A stretch of 40,424 nucleotides of DNA, taken from assembly GCA_000934665.2 (NCBI GenBank), contig JYFJ02003535.1, forward strand, positions 1 through 40,424, in the 5' to 3' direction. The translations under genes and the position numbers were made by a program. The DNA comes from Catajapyx aquilonaris. Lineage: Eukaryota. Below, in pieces: positions 10,301 to 21,900 of this stretch (the stretch's first letter is position 1; each line of letters begins with the position of its first letter). The notes under the pieces were generated by a model, which was not told the origin of the DNA, made no database searches, and saw nothing but the letters and a program-made list of their open reading frames with translations.

Positions 10301-12145
10301 GCTACGTATGATGAGGAGATAATGGAATTTGCCGATGCCATAATTAAGCAGACCCCCTTGATCCTCCGCCTGAAGCGAGAGGAGGAGTGCTTGACCAACA
10401 TCAAGCAGTTGTATGTGGCCTGCCCTACACCTGATGAGAAATACCGTGCTATAGCCAACATTTATGGGGTGGTAACTATTGGTCAGGCTCTGATCTTCTG
10501 CCGCACACGTAGAACAGCTGCGTGGTTGGCAGCCAAGATGAGTATTGATGGTCATGCTGTGGCGCTGCTGACCGGAGAGCTTACCACTGAGCAGAGGGCA
10601 GCTGTGATAGAACGCTATAGGGAAGGGTTGGAGAAAGTACTCATCACCACCAATGTCCTGTCTCGAGGTGTGTGTATTTTTGAGTTCTTCCTGGTTGGAA
10701 AGTGGGTAGCAATAAATGAGTTTAACATTTGTTTGCGATGCAGTACAAACTTCAATAATTGATTAAGTAATTGATAATTTTAATGCCTTATTTTTAATAG
10801 TACATATTGAGTGTGGTGCATTTGTGTCACATTAACCTATAGGTTTAATGTCATTTCAAAAATATAGTCATTTATTTTTGAAATGAAATTAAACCTTACT
10901 TTTAAATTTGTGGGATTATAGTATTTGTCATATGGTTTTAATTGACCTATTGGTAATCATTTGAAATGTAATTTTTTGAGAAAACCTTACTTCTTCATAT
11001 CTTAGTGTACAAAAAGTAGCTTTTTTTTTTTACCATTACTGCATGGTGATATTGATTTTTATTTGCGCAGGAATTGACGTTGAGCAGACCACCTTGGTGG
11101 TGAACTACGATCTGCCCGTTGATAAAATAGGAAGAGCCAGCTGTGAGACCTACTTACATCGCATAGGTCGCACCGGAAGGTTCGGAAAGGCGGGACTTGC
11201 CATCAACCTGGTGGAGGATGACCATTCCATAAATGTGCTCAGGCAGATCGAGAATCACTTTGGTTAGTTATAACTGATTTGTTTAAATTTGTTAAAATTT
11301 ATTTTACCCCATGATAGAGAACAATGCCCATATTGTGCAGACCACCATCAGTTTTCTGTGTTCAATTTGATCTTTAGTAGTCTCTGGTGCAAGGAATCAA
11401 GGACGTAGGGTAGGGATAAGGATTTTTGGGGAGGGGCCAAGGGTGCAACTGCAATGTCGGTACACTGATGGTCATGTGCAGTCCCCCAGGAGCTTAGGTT
11501 GCCTGACACCTCCAAGCCGCGGGTCAGAGGCCCTCCTGATGCAGGCGAAAGGGAAATCCCAGGCAGGGTTCGAACCCAGGACCTTCCGCTCAGTAAGCCG
11601 AGCTGGTCACCATGCCTCCCCGTAGTTATAACTTATTATTACAGGTTAAAAAAAGTGCAGTCAAGTTTATGTAAAAATTTGTGGAGTCTGGAGCAGGGGT
11701 TTTCCAAGTGGGCCATTTCAAAGACCTTCTAGGTCTAGTGGGGCTGTGAATGTATCAAAATTGCAATTTTTTATTGGAGTTGACTAGCAAATGGCAGTAT
11801 GCATATGGAATTAAGTGGGCTTGCAACCTTGGAGGCCATGCCATGAATAACTTAGTATGCTTCCTATAGGACTTAGGGATGGGAGTGCACCTGCGCAATG
11901 AGGAAAAAGTCAGCTGGACACTCTGTTTCCTGATGCTACCCTCGTCCATGTTTTCTGCAAGGCACTTCCTGAACTGAAAGTCTGGGAACTGCTACGTTAG
12001 TAGTAACTAGCAGTGCGACGAAAATTCCACCCATAGTACAGTATTGTTGCTACTGTTCTTCTTCTTTCTCTTTGCAGGCCGGAAAATTGTCAAACTGGAC
12101 AGTGACAATGTGGATGAACTGGAAAAGCTCTTCCAGGATTACTAA
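4354..12145 (+). CDS. DDX19: DDX19/Dbp5 DEAD-box RNA helicase, tandem copy 1 (about 464 aa; exons 4354-4392, 5863-6065, 6155-6247, 6697-6799, 6878-6992, 8509-8686, 10264-10667, 11071-11262, 12078-12145)
   Basis: Exons sum to 1395 nt in frame with GT-AG sites; Q motif [55 protein letters not shown]19-specific NPNSPLYS and GHQDQS. Exon 1 ([13 protein letters not shown]) inferred from phase and similarity to the other WGLLE exons; start could be 4360. Confidence 0.9.
4696..4844. repeat. Near-perfect 149-bp palindrome (MITE-like) in intron 1 of DDX19 copy 1
   Basis: Arms symmetric about 4770; perfect core gctcgacacacaccatgtaa-g-ttacatggtgtgtgtcgagc. Confidence 0.9.
7360..7734. mobile_element. 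Tc1/mariner-type MITE in intron 5 of DDX19 copy 1
   Basis: TA|cagggtagtcacgaattt ... aatttgtgaccaccctg|TA; imperfect inverted arms of about 90 bp; TA target duplication. Confidence 0.85.
7865..8263. mobile_element. Tc1/mariner(pogo)-type MITE in intron 5 of DDX19 copy 1
   Basis: TA|cagtaccctgcattaatggccatgcacagaca ... tgtctgtgcatggccattaatgcagggtactg|TA; perfect terminal inverted repeat of about 30 bp plus inner inverted segments. Confidence 0.9.
9382..10089. mobile_element. Mariner-like non-autonomous element with long inverted arms in intron 6 of DDX19 copy 1
   Basis: TA|cgagggctagtcggaaaataagtttcgcgatgct ... agcatcgcgaaacttattttccaactagcgttcg|TA; inverted similarity continues inward (about 9580-9620 vs 9840-9880). 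Confidence 0.85.
11382..11621 (-). mobile_element. tRNA-derived SINE, copy 2 (intron 8 of DDX19 copy 1)
   Basis: Collinear with 3504-3755 (ggtgcaaggaatcaa ... ggtcatgtgcagtcccccaggag ... ccctcctga ... tcgaacc); B box present, A-box region partly deleted; gtagt on both flanks. Confidence 0.8.
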
Positions 12146-13601
12146 TTGTTTTTCCATGTCTCTGGTTGAAGAGGACTTGTATACGGAGATGTTGTCACAA
12201 GGGATGTATATCATGTATTTAAGTTTTTTCAAGTTGCAAGCTGCAATTGCTATTGTAAAGGGCCTTATTAATAATACCTTGTTGCCAGATCTTTTCAAAG
12301 ATCGGCGTATTTAGATGATTGAGGCCAAAACGTCAGCAAGGTTGATCCTCTGATTCTCCAGACAGTACCACTGACACTGACAAGTGAGTGCTGAAGATTT
12401 TTTTAATTTTTTATTTTTCCTGCCCCAAAATGATGATAATGCTTAGAAGTTACTTATGATACATTGGAGACATTTTGCCCTCGACTTTTTGTTAGCGTAT
12501 AAACTCAGCTTGTAACTGACAAGTGTATATGTGTAAAGATAAGGTAGACCTACTGTTGAGGTCAGAAAGTCTCATATGTGGCAGGTGATTTAGCCCTTTT
12601 TTCAAGTCCCAGAAAGTAGTAGTGTCATAATGACATCAGTATATGCATTGCTGGCCTCTTTTTTTTTTTTTTTCAAATCTTAAGTGTTTTAAGATGATTG
12701 ATTGTGGAAATGGCAGCAAGTTGGGTGCCATGTTCTCCAGAGAGTCTCCCATGTGTGTACGATTTTCTAAAACTCTTTCAGTTTCAATAACACTTGTATG
12801 TTCTGTTTTGCCATATGTTTCACAACTATTCAAGATGCTTTCCTAATTGCGGATATTTTTCACATCATTGTAAGTCCCATTTTGATACGTTCTTTTTTGT
12901 TTGCGCTTTTGTACCATACTTGCAATATGTAGGTAGGTCACAATGCCATGATTTTTTGAAAACTCTTAATTTTAAACATGCTATTGAGCAACCTGTTGTA
13001 TTTTTGTGCAAACTCGACCTGTTGTGCACGTGACTTCCACAAGTACACTGGGGGTCAGGGAAGTGCAGGGGGAAGGTCGGGAATGTGACTCCTGCAAGTA
13101 ATCATTATGTATTTGTAGCTGTGTTTTGTAGTGTTCAAGTGTCTCGTCTTTGTTGACTGCCAAGTGATTAATGTGATTCATTTATACTAAACATTTGAAT
13201 AACTGGAAGAAATGTACCATGCAAGTGTATGTTTGAAATCCAAAACATACTTTCTGTGTCACATTTGTCATATTCTGTTACTAAAAAGCACTTAGTTGAG
13301 ACAAGGACAATAAAAGCTACGTTTTCTACCTTCATCAGCATTTTGATTCTAGTACTCCATGCAGAAGTATAGTGATCTACTCAACAGTCAATGTGCATTG
13401 TGCAGTGTTTTTTTTCCCTAGTGAGAGTGTGAAATGGAAATTGTGGCCCTGTATGTGCGTGTACGTAATGATTGACAAGTTTCAAAAACTGCATACACAT
13501 TACATCCTATTTTCTACTTTAAATCCGAAACTCACTGTGCTGGTAAAAGCATCAAGGTTTTTACAATTGTAACCATTGCAGTTAAGCGAAAAACCAATAT
13601 T

Positions 13602-13622
13602 TTATTATTATTATTATTATTA

Positions 13623-13689
<67 letters not shown>
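13602..13689. repeat. (TTA)n microsatellite
   Basis: Direct reading; one interruption; source of the poly-Ile pseudo-ORF. Confidence 0.95.
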
Positions 13690-13751
13690 GATGACATTGC
13701 ATGGGGGGGGGATATCGATTCGATGATTTTGGTTTTGTTGGCGATATTGCT

Positions 13752-13759
13752 TATCGATA
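13752..13759. promoter_or_regulatory. DRE motif upstream of the orphan WGLLE exon
   Basis: Exact TATCGATA 240 bp before the ATG at 13992, in a CpG-rich patch. Confidence 0.55.
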
Positions 13760-13991
13760 TGCAGCCACCGCCGCCGATTCGACGGATTGGATATTTTCGA
13801 GTAGCGGCTACGTTATTGCAGGGCCCAGTGGGAGCAGGTGGTGCCATCTGGAAAGCTAGAAGGTGCCAAGGTGGGCGCCATTGCTCGAGAAGGCTGAACA
13901 TCGTCGGTACAGCCTGCAGTGCACGCCGTTTTCCTTTGTCTCCAAACCTCCTTCGGGGACAACAAGACGTGTCCAGCGGTGCTGCTTCGTG

Positions 13992-14042
13992 ATGGCTGGA
14001 CTCCCTAAGATGCTGCCCTCACGTAGGTGGGGCTTGCTGGAG
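13992..14042 (+). CDS. Additional DDX19-type first coding exon ([17 protein letters not shown]): alternative exon 1 of copy 2 or relic of a lost copy
   Basis: 51 nt from ATG to GAG|GTAAGG; same length, phase and [10 protein letters not shown] ending as 18140-18190. Confidence 0.65.
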
Positions 14043-16517
14043 GTAAGGCCGTAAAAGCAGCATGCAGACCCTGCAGATAGCTAGGATCGGGCATGGGCTA
14101 CAACAAGTGGGTGTTACAGGGTGTCCCACTCGCCCCCAAAAAAGCGCCGAAATTTTATAAGCAACCTGTTAAAAAAATAATTATTATTAAGGTTTTATCA
14201 TGGCGGATTTTTTAAGCCTTGGGTAGTCTGGCCATGTCATGTGCATGCCAGGATTTGTCCAGTGCCAGGTTGCAGTGTCAGTAACACCATATTGTGCTCG
14301 CTGGTTTAAACTCACCAACAGACCAGTTGCTCGAACTACAGTACCTTGGTGTGTGGTTTTATATTTCACATAAACTGAGGGTGTGTGAAGGTCAAATGAA
14401 GGGAATTATAGCTGCAGTGTTGGGATATCCTATGCTATGTGTTGCACAGGCCTAGGTGCATGGGAGTCAGTTGTGCTACCATAGCCGCTGGGGGTTGCAT
14501 AAATATTCTGGTGCCAGTTATGTAGGTAAGATTGTGTACCAATGTGTGCAAATAAGTTAAACAACCAGCTAATTGTTCTATAGGCTGATAAAAATTTGCA
14601 GACAGGAAGCTATCCAGTATTGGGACTTAACTGCTTACCGTATTACTAGCACAAATGTTTAGGGTGTAACTCATTAATGGATGTCAAAATGAAGAGGCTG
14701 CAATCAAAACGTGTTTAATAATTCCATTCGGGTGCACTTTTGACTGATCAAGAAAAACGTAGGGCTGCAATGGAAGGGAAAGGGGTTGGACATTCCATTG
14801 AAAACATGCCATATTTGCCTAATTGTCTGACCCGGTCTGACCCTTAGCTAAGGCAGAGGGAATGATCATGTCAAAATAAATGATTAATTCACCTGCATTG
14901 ACTCTCATTGGAACTGTTTACATTGCAATGAAATGTTGAATGGGGCCATAAGGATACTATAATATGACCTGTACATGCTGATCACTTGTAAGTTCATCAT
15001 GTGAGTTTATTATTCTCTGGGTTTTTTGTGGGGAAATGATTCATAAGAAATTGCACTTGAGTAAAAGGGTGCAAGTAAAGCAATATAGAAATAGGAATCG
15101 AGTTACACACGTTGTGTGTGGTACTCGCCATTTCAAGCCAGATGATATGCAAGACTGTGTCAAAACATGTACTCATAGCCTATCAGACACTCATTCTTTG
15201 TGTACAATGCAGGTGCTGGTACTTACATAACATTCCTTGGTCATTGCAAGTGAGGCATGTCCTGCAGATAGTGGCACTCACAGAGTACTTAGATGATTGA
15301 CCATCCACAACAATGTTGGCTGAAAGTACATGCAGATTTTTTCAGGAGACAATACATGCTCCAAACATCAGACACTACAAGATGTTTTGCTTCTGTATTT
15401 TTGCACCACTTGAAATGGTTGCAAATCTACTTGCGTAAAGGGTTCTATGTCATACAGGTCTGCCTCCAGCCATTTCCGCGATTCTTGAACGCTGGATTGC
15501 AACTTGGAACTTGGAACCCTGCTGCAACAATTCAAGATTAAATTTTTTGATCACCTGGGATTTAGAGCCTAACTATTACCACCTCTCCATGGACAGGAAG
15601 AAATGGCTTATTGCAAAGCGAGAAATATAATGTGTTCCTGGGAACTATCACATGAGGTAGATGTTATAGTGATTTATAGAGGGATGAATGAGCAATAGTC
15701 AACATCTGGCCAGGTAAAGTTGTAGGCTGCGCACCATAACTATTGTCTGCTACAGGGAAGGTTGGTCCATAATAATCTAAGTAAATGGGTGAGGAAATTA
15801 AGTGCAATGTAATCCTGACTTAAGAAATGATATGACTAGTTCCAAGTAGTATTTTTTTTTACAGATGCAGAAGGGTTGGAATCATCATGCTGGATGGTGT
15901 TATCTATAAATGTTTGAATCAATATGGACAGTGGGGGTAGCCACTCAATAATAATAATCCCAAGAATTGTTCATTATGTTAAACAATAATTATTATCTTT
16001 GGACTTGACCTAGAGCTCACACGTACTGAGCCATAGGATGCCACTTTGGCTTCAGATAACTTAATGGAAGTTTTGAAATTGTGAGCTTCCAATTTTAATA
16101 ATATCCTAAGGATGAAGCTGGAATAGCAGCCTCAGATTTTGTTAGGGTTAGTGCTGCTTTTTTTTCCAAAATTTGGAAGAAGCAAACATAACCCTCAAGT
16201 ATTTAAATTCGGATGTCATTTTCACTTGACGTATTCCTGACTATCCTGAGTACTATTTAATGCAATATGACATGTTTCCACCTTTCCTAAAAACCATTAG
16301 CTTACATTTATCAGGATTACTTTTTAATGATGTGTTCATGAGAAAATTGGTTATGAGGGTTGCCTGCCTGCTTTGGACAAATAGGTAATGCACTGTAGGG
16401 TGCTTATACGAATGCAGTGATTATGTTCAAAAATCAAGAGAAGATTACTAGTTGCCATGTCATTTTTCTCCCTCAGTTGCAAACTCCCATATTGTGGATT
16501 CCAACACAGGAAATGTA

Positions 16518-16639
16518 GCTATCAAGGGGTAAATCACTCATGAAGTCCGTTGTATGGTATAAGGTGCCAAGTCCGACCAAGTCTGACAAGTCCGGCTTTT
16601 TACAACGCTCAACTGCCGAGTGATTTACCCCTTGGTAGC
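16518..16639. mobile_element. Small TA-flanked MITE
   Basis: TA|gctatcaaggggtaaatcactc ... gagtgatttaccccttggtagc|TA (22-bp inverted repeat, one mismatch). Confidence 0.75.
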
Positions 16640-17422
16640 TATGGTGTTTACCTGTCAGATACAATTCTATGATTTATGTGCTTTATATGGTAGTATGATG
16701 CTGGTGTAGGCTGAGCGAATGTGTTTCATTCTCTGTAATGGTATATTTGCCTGCTGTACACCATTTCCCACTATGTGTTCAGGAGTTGTACTGCCCATGT
16801 GCATTAAACTTATTTTGCGGCTGACAGCATGAAATCTGGAAGGAGTGTGTAAACTGTTACATGAATTGCACTTTGGTGATCTTGCTATCTTCAACTAATC
16901 TATGATGGCAGGGATTAACTTGCATCTCCTTCAATGCTGACTACCCTTAGAGGAAAATGTACTGTTTTGTGTATTCACGGCATACTGCGTTACTGCCTAA
17001 TCCCATAAGTGCACCGCTCATAGGACTTCTCCACCTAATAAATTCAACCAGATAACCTTAAGCATTTTACTAGCAAAGAAGCGATAAATGGGCATCATGG
17101 ATGATGATCATCTCCATTTGCGTTTTTTGTTCCAAGTGCCAGGAGGTGAGTGTGCAGCATGGTTTCACAAAGTAGCTCACATTTATGCAGCTGAAGGGTG
17201 CCCACCCACATGCCCTGTAAGCAACCTGAAGGGGAAGGACAGGAGAAAGGAAAAAAGACAAGAGGTTGTGCTGCGCGGTATTTGGTTCTTCTGCGACCAA
17301 CTAAAATTTGGCCTGTTCAGCAATACCAATTTGATGCTGGCAAAGTCTGCAACATTTCAGCCAGTATGTATGCCAGTATCTGGCTACAATTCAAACAATC
17401 AACTGCCCATTGTGCATCTCTG

Positions 17423-17546
17423 CCGTCCCAAGGTAAAACGCCCTAACTGCAAAACTATAGTAAGGGTGAAAAAAAGGGCTTGTACACGACTTTATATTCA
17501 CCCTTACTAGAGTTTTGCAGTTAGGGTGTTTTTACCCTTGGGACGG
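17423..17546. repeat. Inverted repeat/hairpin (MITE-like)
   Basis: ccgtcccaaggtaaaacgccctaactgcaaaactatagtaagggtgaa ... ttcacccttactagagttttgcagttagggtgtttttacccttgggacgg. Confidence 0.85.
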
Positions 17547-17951
17547 AAAATCTGGCAACCTCCTTGCTCTTACTGATTTTGGTTTCATGTCACTTTGTGC
17601 CTTGTCATAATTTATCGCCATTCTGCACATAACCAGTACTGCATTATTCCCTAACTATACCCCGTCAATTAAATCTAATTATTAGTATTAATTGGCAGGC
17701 GCTCTCGACGGCATTATTTTTTCCAGCGGGAAATAGCCATTCATTAATAGCCGTTATCGCGATAACCATTATCAATTAATCCGGCCACGTGGCCTTGACA
17801 AATTATAACTGCTGCTGAAGTGGGCACGAATATTTATCTCGTGGTGTAATAATTAGCACTTTGCGTAATTCTAAAGATGTTGAGAACTACCTGTAGTGTA
17901 CTCGAGTGTACTGCACATAACATGGAAAACGACAGTCCTGAAATTCGAAAA

Positions 17952-17959
17952 TATCGATA
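17952..17959. promoter_or_regulatory. DRE motif upstream of DDX19 copy 2
   Basis: Exact TATCGATA about 190 bp before the ATG at 18140; related tatcgattcgata at 17976. Confidence 0.55.
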
Positions 17960-18139
17960 TATCTACACCGAGGCGTATCGATTCGATACTGTTAAAAGTA
18001 GCTGCTACAAATCGGCCTTCCTTTCCTGTGATGGCTTCCCGGCTTCCCTTCCTTCCTTCCTTTTGACAATTGGGCTGTATGAGATCCAGAATCTGTTGTG
18101 ATCCTCGAGTGATCCTCAGCATTTTGAGCAGTGGGTTTG

Positions 18140-21100
18140 ATGGAGGGTCCCGCCCCACATCTTCCGTCCCGTCGATGGGGACTTTTGGAGGTATGGCTTA
18201 TTCTGGGTGGGCAGATATAGAGACTGGTTGACTCAATTTTGTTCTTCTGTGCTCTGGTTGGAGAAAACATTGCATTCTTCAAACCAGCATGGCTGGAATC
18301 CCCTTGCTAAGTTCTGTCAGTCAACACCTACTGTATTCAGTACTATAAATCCCAAATATTATTACGGTGGACACTCGTATACAGGATAATATAAAATGCT
18401 ATTCCAATTGCTACGGCTAATGCTGCCTACTATTCAAATGGTTGCTTTAAACCACATATATTTAGTGGTCATCCAAGGTATGGGCTGTTCATATTAGGTT
18501 GAATGGGCCTGCAAGGGGTTGTGGCCTGCAAAAATCTATTGATGTTCAATGCCAACAGACATTAGAAATTTCAATCTTTGGATAGGTGAATCAGTTTTTG
18601 GCTAATACAGTGACACCTTTATTCATCACTTCCATCAGGGAGCTGATTTAAAAAAAAAAAAAAAAAAAAACAACTAAGACTGCAGGAATACTACAAATGT
18701 ATGGGCCTATGCAAAATGGGAAATGAGTTACCACTTCTTGAATATACAGGGGCTGGACAAAATAACGGAGCCCCTTGCAAAAAGCGGATGAGTTTTCTCC
18801 TCCATTGTTCTCGAAAACTGGAAAGGTTACAGAGATGGGCTTTGACTTATTTTGAAGCTCTGTCGATGTACATTTACAGACATGAAGATATATGGCACAA
18901 AAATCACAAGAGGAGGGGGAGAAACAAAAGACTAACGACGACTCCTCCCAGACCCCGTATGAACAGAGTGTCCCACACTTTTCATTTGAAAATGAAAATA
19001 GTTGCAGATATGAACTTCAGTGCATTTTGGAGGTCTATCGATGACTTCGTTTGGTATAGAGATGAACCAAAATTACAGGCAGGCTGCTTTTTGCAGGGGG
19101 GGCCTGTATTTACTACACAAAAAGAGTTCTAAAAGGCTTGTTTAGGCTTCATTGCAGGTTGACGCTTTGGCTGGTGTTGGTGACGTGCCAGTAGGCCATG
19201 CCAAAGTGCCAGTGGGCCATGCTGAAGTGCCAGTGGGCCATGCTGAAGCACCCTCAGCACAGGCAGAGCCAGATGATAATGACAAAGACCTAGATGTGGC
19301 TGAGAAGTCTCTCCTACAGAAGATTCTAAGGAAGGGATTAGTTGAGAACAAAAATGACTTGGAGATCCAACGGCGAAACCCAAACTCGCCTCTGCATTCT
19401 GTGAAGTCATTTGAGGCACTCAACCTGTAAGTTCAGATGATTCCTATTTGGATTCCCCTTATTCTACAATAATTTTCATTATTGCCGATTTATTGCAATT
19501 TTTTTAAAGGCCTCCCAACCTACTGAAGGGAGTTTTCAAGATGGGATTTGACTTTCCATCCAAAATTCAAGAAACTGCGCTGCCCACCTTGATGGCTCAT
19601 CCGTAAGTTCATATAGTGTACTACTGCTGGTTAATGTTTGAGAGTCAATAATTTTAACTTTGGTCGCATTATTAATACAGGTTGAGAATCCTTTTTCTGA
19701 AATTCCAACTGTATAAAGGAATGCTGTGTAGTAATGGTGTGAACTGGAATTATTTTGTACAAATTAGTAATAATATTTTAATGGTTCATGTTTCCGTAGC
19801 CCTGTTGACATGATTGCCCAGTCTCAGTCTGGAACTGGGAAGACTGCCGCATTTGTGCTGGCTATGCTGAGCCGGGTAGATGGTACAAAGAATTACCCAC
19901 AGGTAAGAAGTACTGTAGTTTATTGTAAGCAGACATCATGGTGCCAACCTTGTCTTAAACTCTCGTTATGCCCCAACTTCCAGGCTCTGTGTCTTGCACC
20001 AACATACGAGTTGGCTGTCCAAATTGGAGATGTCACCACCAGGATGGGTCGGTTTTGTCCGGATATTAAGATCAAATTGGCTGTTCGTGGAGAGGATGGT
20101 ATGTAGTCATTTCCCTTATAAGTAAATGTTGATTAATCTTGTGGAACCTGGTTATCACAATAGTGTAGTCTAAAGGCCTTTTTTGCACCATGCAATTAAT
20201 GTGTGCGCAACTTTTTTGCGGGCAAGAAGCACAGTATGCAAACTGAAAGCATTGCCTCTACTTCATCTGGAATTTTGTGGCTACTTCTGTTCTAAACTAG
20301 TTTCAAATGACTCGAATAATTTGAGTGTACAATATTACACCACATTGCTGGCACAATTATTGTGCCAGCCATGTGGTGTAATATTGTACACTATGTCTGG
20401 ACAAGAAGTTTCATAAAGCTATCTGTTTAATGCTTGCTATTTTTTTTGTTGATAAAGTGGGAAGAACGGAGAAGATTGAAGAGCAGATAGTGATTGGTAC
20501 TCCTGGGAAAGTTCTCGATTGGTCAACCAAGTTTAAGATTCTTGATATGAGCCAGCTGGCAGTGTTCGTCCTGGATGAAGCTGATGTCATGATTGGAATG
20601 CAGGGGCATCAGGATCAAAGCATCCGGATCCACAAGTAAGTTTTCATACTCAACACAACTACAGTCATGAAGTCGACAGAACAGTAAAGAAACATGTAAT
20701 TATTTCATCTGGCATCCCAGATGTTGATCCCTAGTAATGCAAGTGTGAATACTCTGCAACTTTCCATCCAGTAACTACAACTTTTTAAGCCTTTAATACT
20801 TGCCATGAGGAAATATAAAAATGTGCAAAAAATATTCTTTTAAAATATTAGACAAAATCACATGAGCAAAGGATCAAGGCAATATGCCTTTTAGCCCAGA
20901 GTCGAGGAAATTTTTAGCAATTTTTCACCGCATGTGTTGTGAGAAAATTAAAGCTCATTTGAATGCAGATTTTTAGATGGCATATTTGAATTTTCGTTGG
21001 GGGTTTTCAACATCTCATGCATCTGTCACACAAAAACCTGCTGTTGGATGTTTAATCTGCATGATACTGATCTTCCTTTTCCTTCAGATTGGTTCCCGAG

Positions 21101-21900
21101 ACATGCCAGGTGATGCTGTTCTCGGCAACCTATGATCAGGATGTTATGGACTTTGCGGAGATCATTATCCCCGAACACCCGATTATTCTCCGTCTAAAGA
21201 GAGAGGAAGAGTCGCTCTCAAACATCAAGCAGTTGTATGTCGACTGCGGGTCACCAGAGAGCAAATATCGTGCCATTGCAAACATATATGGGGTGGCCAC
21301 TATTGGCCAGGCCATGATCTTCTGCCACACCCGTAAAGCTGCTGCCTGGCTTGCCGCCAAACTTGCTACGGATGGCCATGCCGTGGGCATACTCAGCGGA
21401 GATCTAACCATTCAACAGAGGGTGGCCGTTCTAGAGCGCTTCCGGGACGGAATGGAAAAGGTGCTGATCACCACTAACGTGCTCTCCCGAGGTGTGTTTT
21501 CATAAGATGATATTGTTGTGAAAATGGGTAGTAATGAGTATAATGCTGTGTTCTGGACAGGCATTGACGTGGAGCAGGTCACCCTGGTGGTCAATTATGA
21601 CATGCCCGTGAATGTGAGTGGACGAGCCGATTGCGACACTTATCTGCATCGCATTGGACGGACAGGGCGTTTTGGCAAGGCAGGACTTGCCATTAACCTT
21701 GTGGATGGTAGCAAAACCATGGACATCGTAAGACAGATCGAAACCCACTTTGGTTAGTTGTTGTGCATAATGTGACACAGTTTTGCCATTTGAATGCATC
21801 TTAATATTCTAAATCCTTTTTAATACCTGCAGCCCGTAAGATCGTCAAACTAGATAGCGACAACCTAGACGAGCTGGAGCAACTCTTCCACGAGAACTAA
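18140..21900 (+). CDS. DDX19: DDX19/Dbp5 DEAD-box RNA helicase, tandem copy 2 (about 494 aa; exons 18140-18190, 19146-19426, 19510-19602, 19800-19902, 19984-20098, 20458-20635, 21088-21491, 21561-21752, 21833-21900)
   Basis: 1485 nt in frame, GT-AG introns at the same positions as the other copies; [48 protein letters not shown] intact; TAA at 21898-21900. Exon 1 [17 protein letters not shown] is inferred. Confidence 0.9.
18747..19106. mobile_element. Degenerate Tc1/mariner-type MITE in intron 1 of DDX19 copy 2
   Basis: TA|caggggctggacaaaataacggagccccttgcaaaaagc ... gctttttgcagggggggcctg|TA; right terminal repeat partly deleted. Confidence 0.5.
19185..19247 (+). repeat. In-frame 21-bp x3 coding tandem repeat ([21 protein letters not shown])
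   Basis: gtgccagtaggccatgccaaa gtgccagtgggccatgctgaa gtgccagtgggccatgctgaa in exon 2 of copy 2. Confidence 0.95.
20324..20392. repeat. 69-bp palindrome (34-bp arms, one mismatch) in intron 5 of DDX19 copy 2
   Basis: agtgtacaatattacaccacattgctggcacaat-t-attgtgccagccatgtggtgtaatattgtacact. Confidence 0.95.

Noticed and set aside
13620..13901. ORF with poly-Ile tail
   Set aside because: Artefact of the (TTA)n microsatellite.
19142..19423. Antisense ORFs over DDX19 exons (also 10207-10555, 21136-21411, 27076-27435)
   Set aside because: Shadow frames of real coding exons; no recognisable domains.
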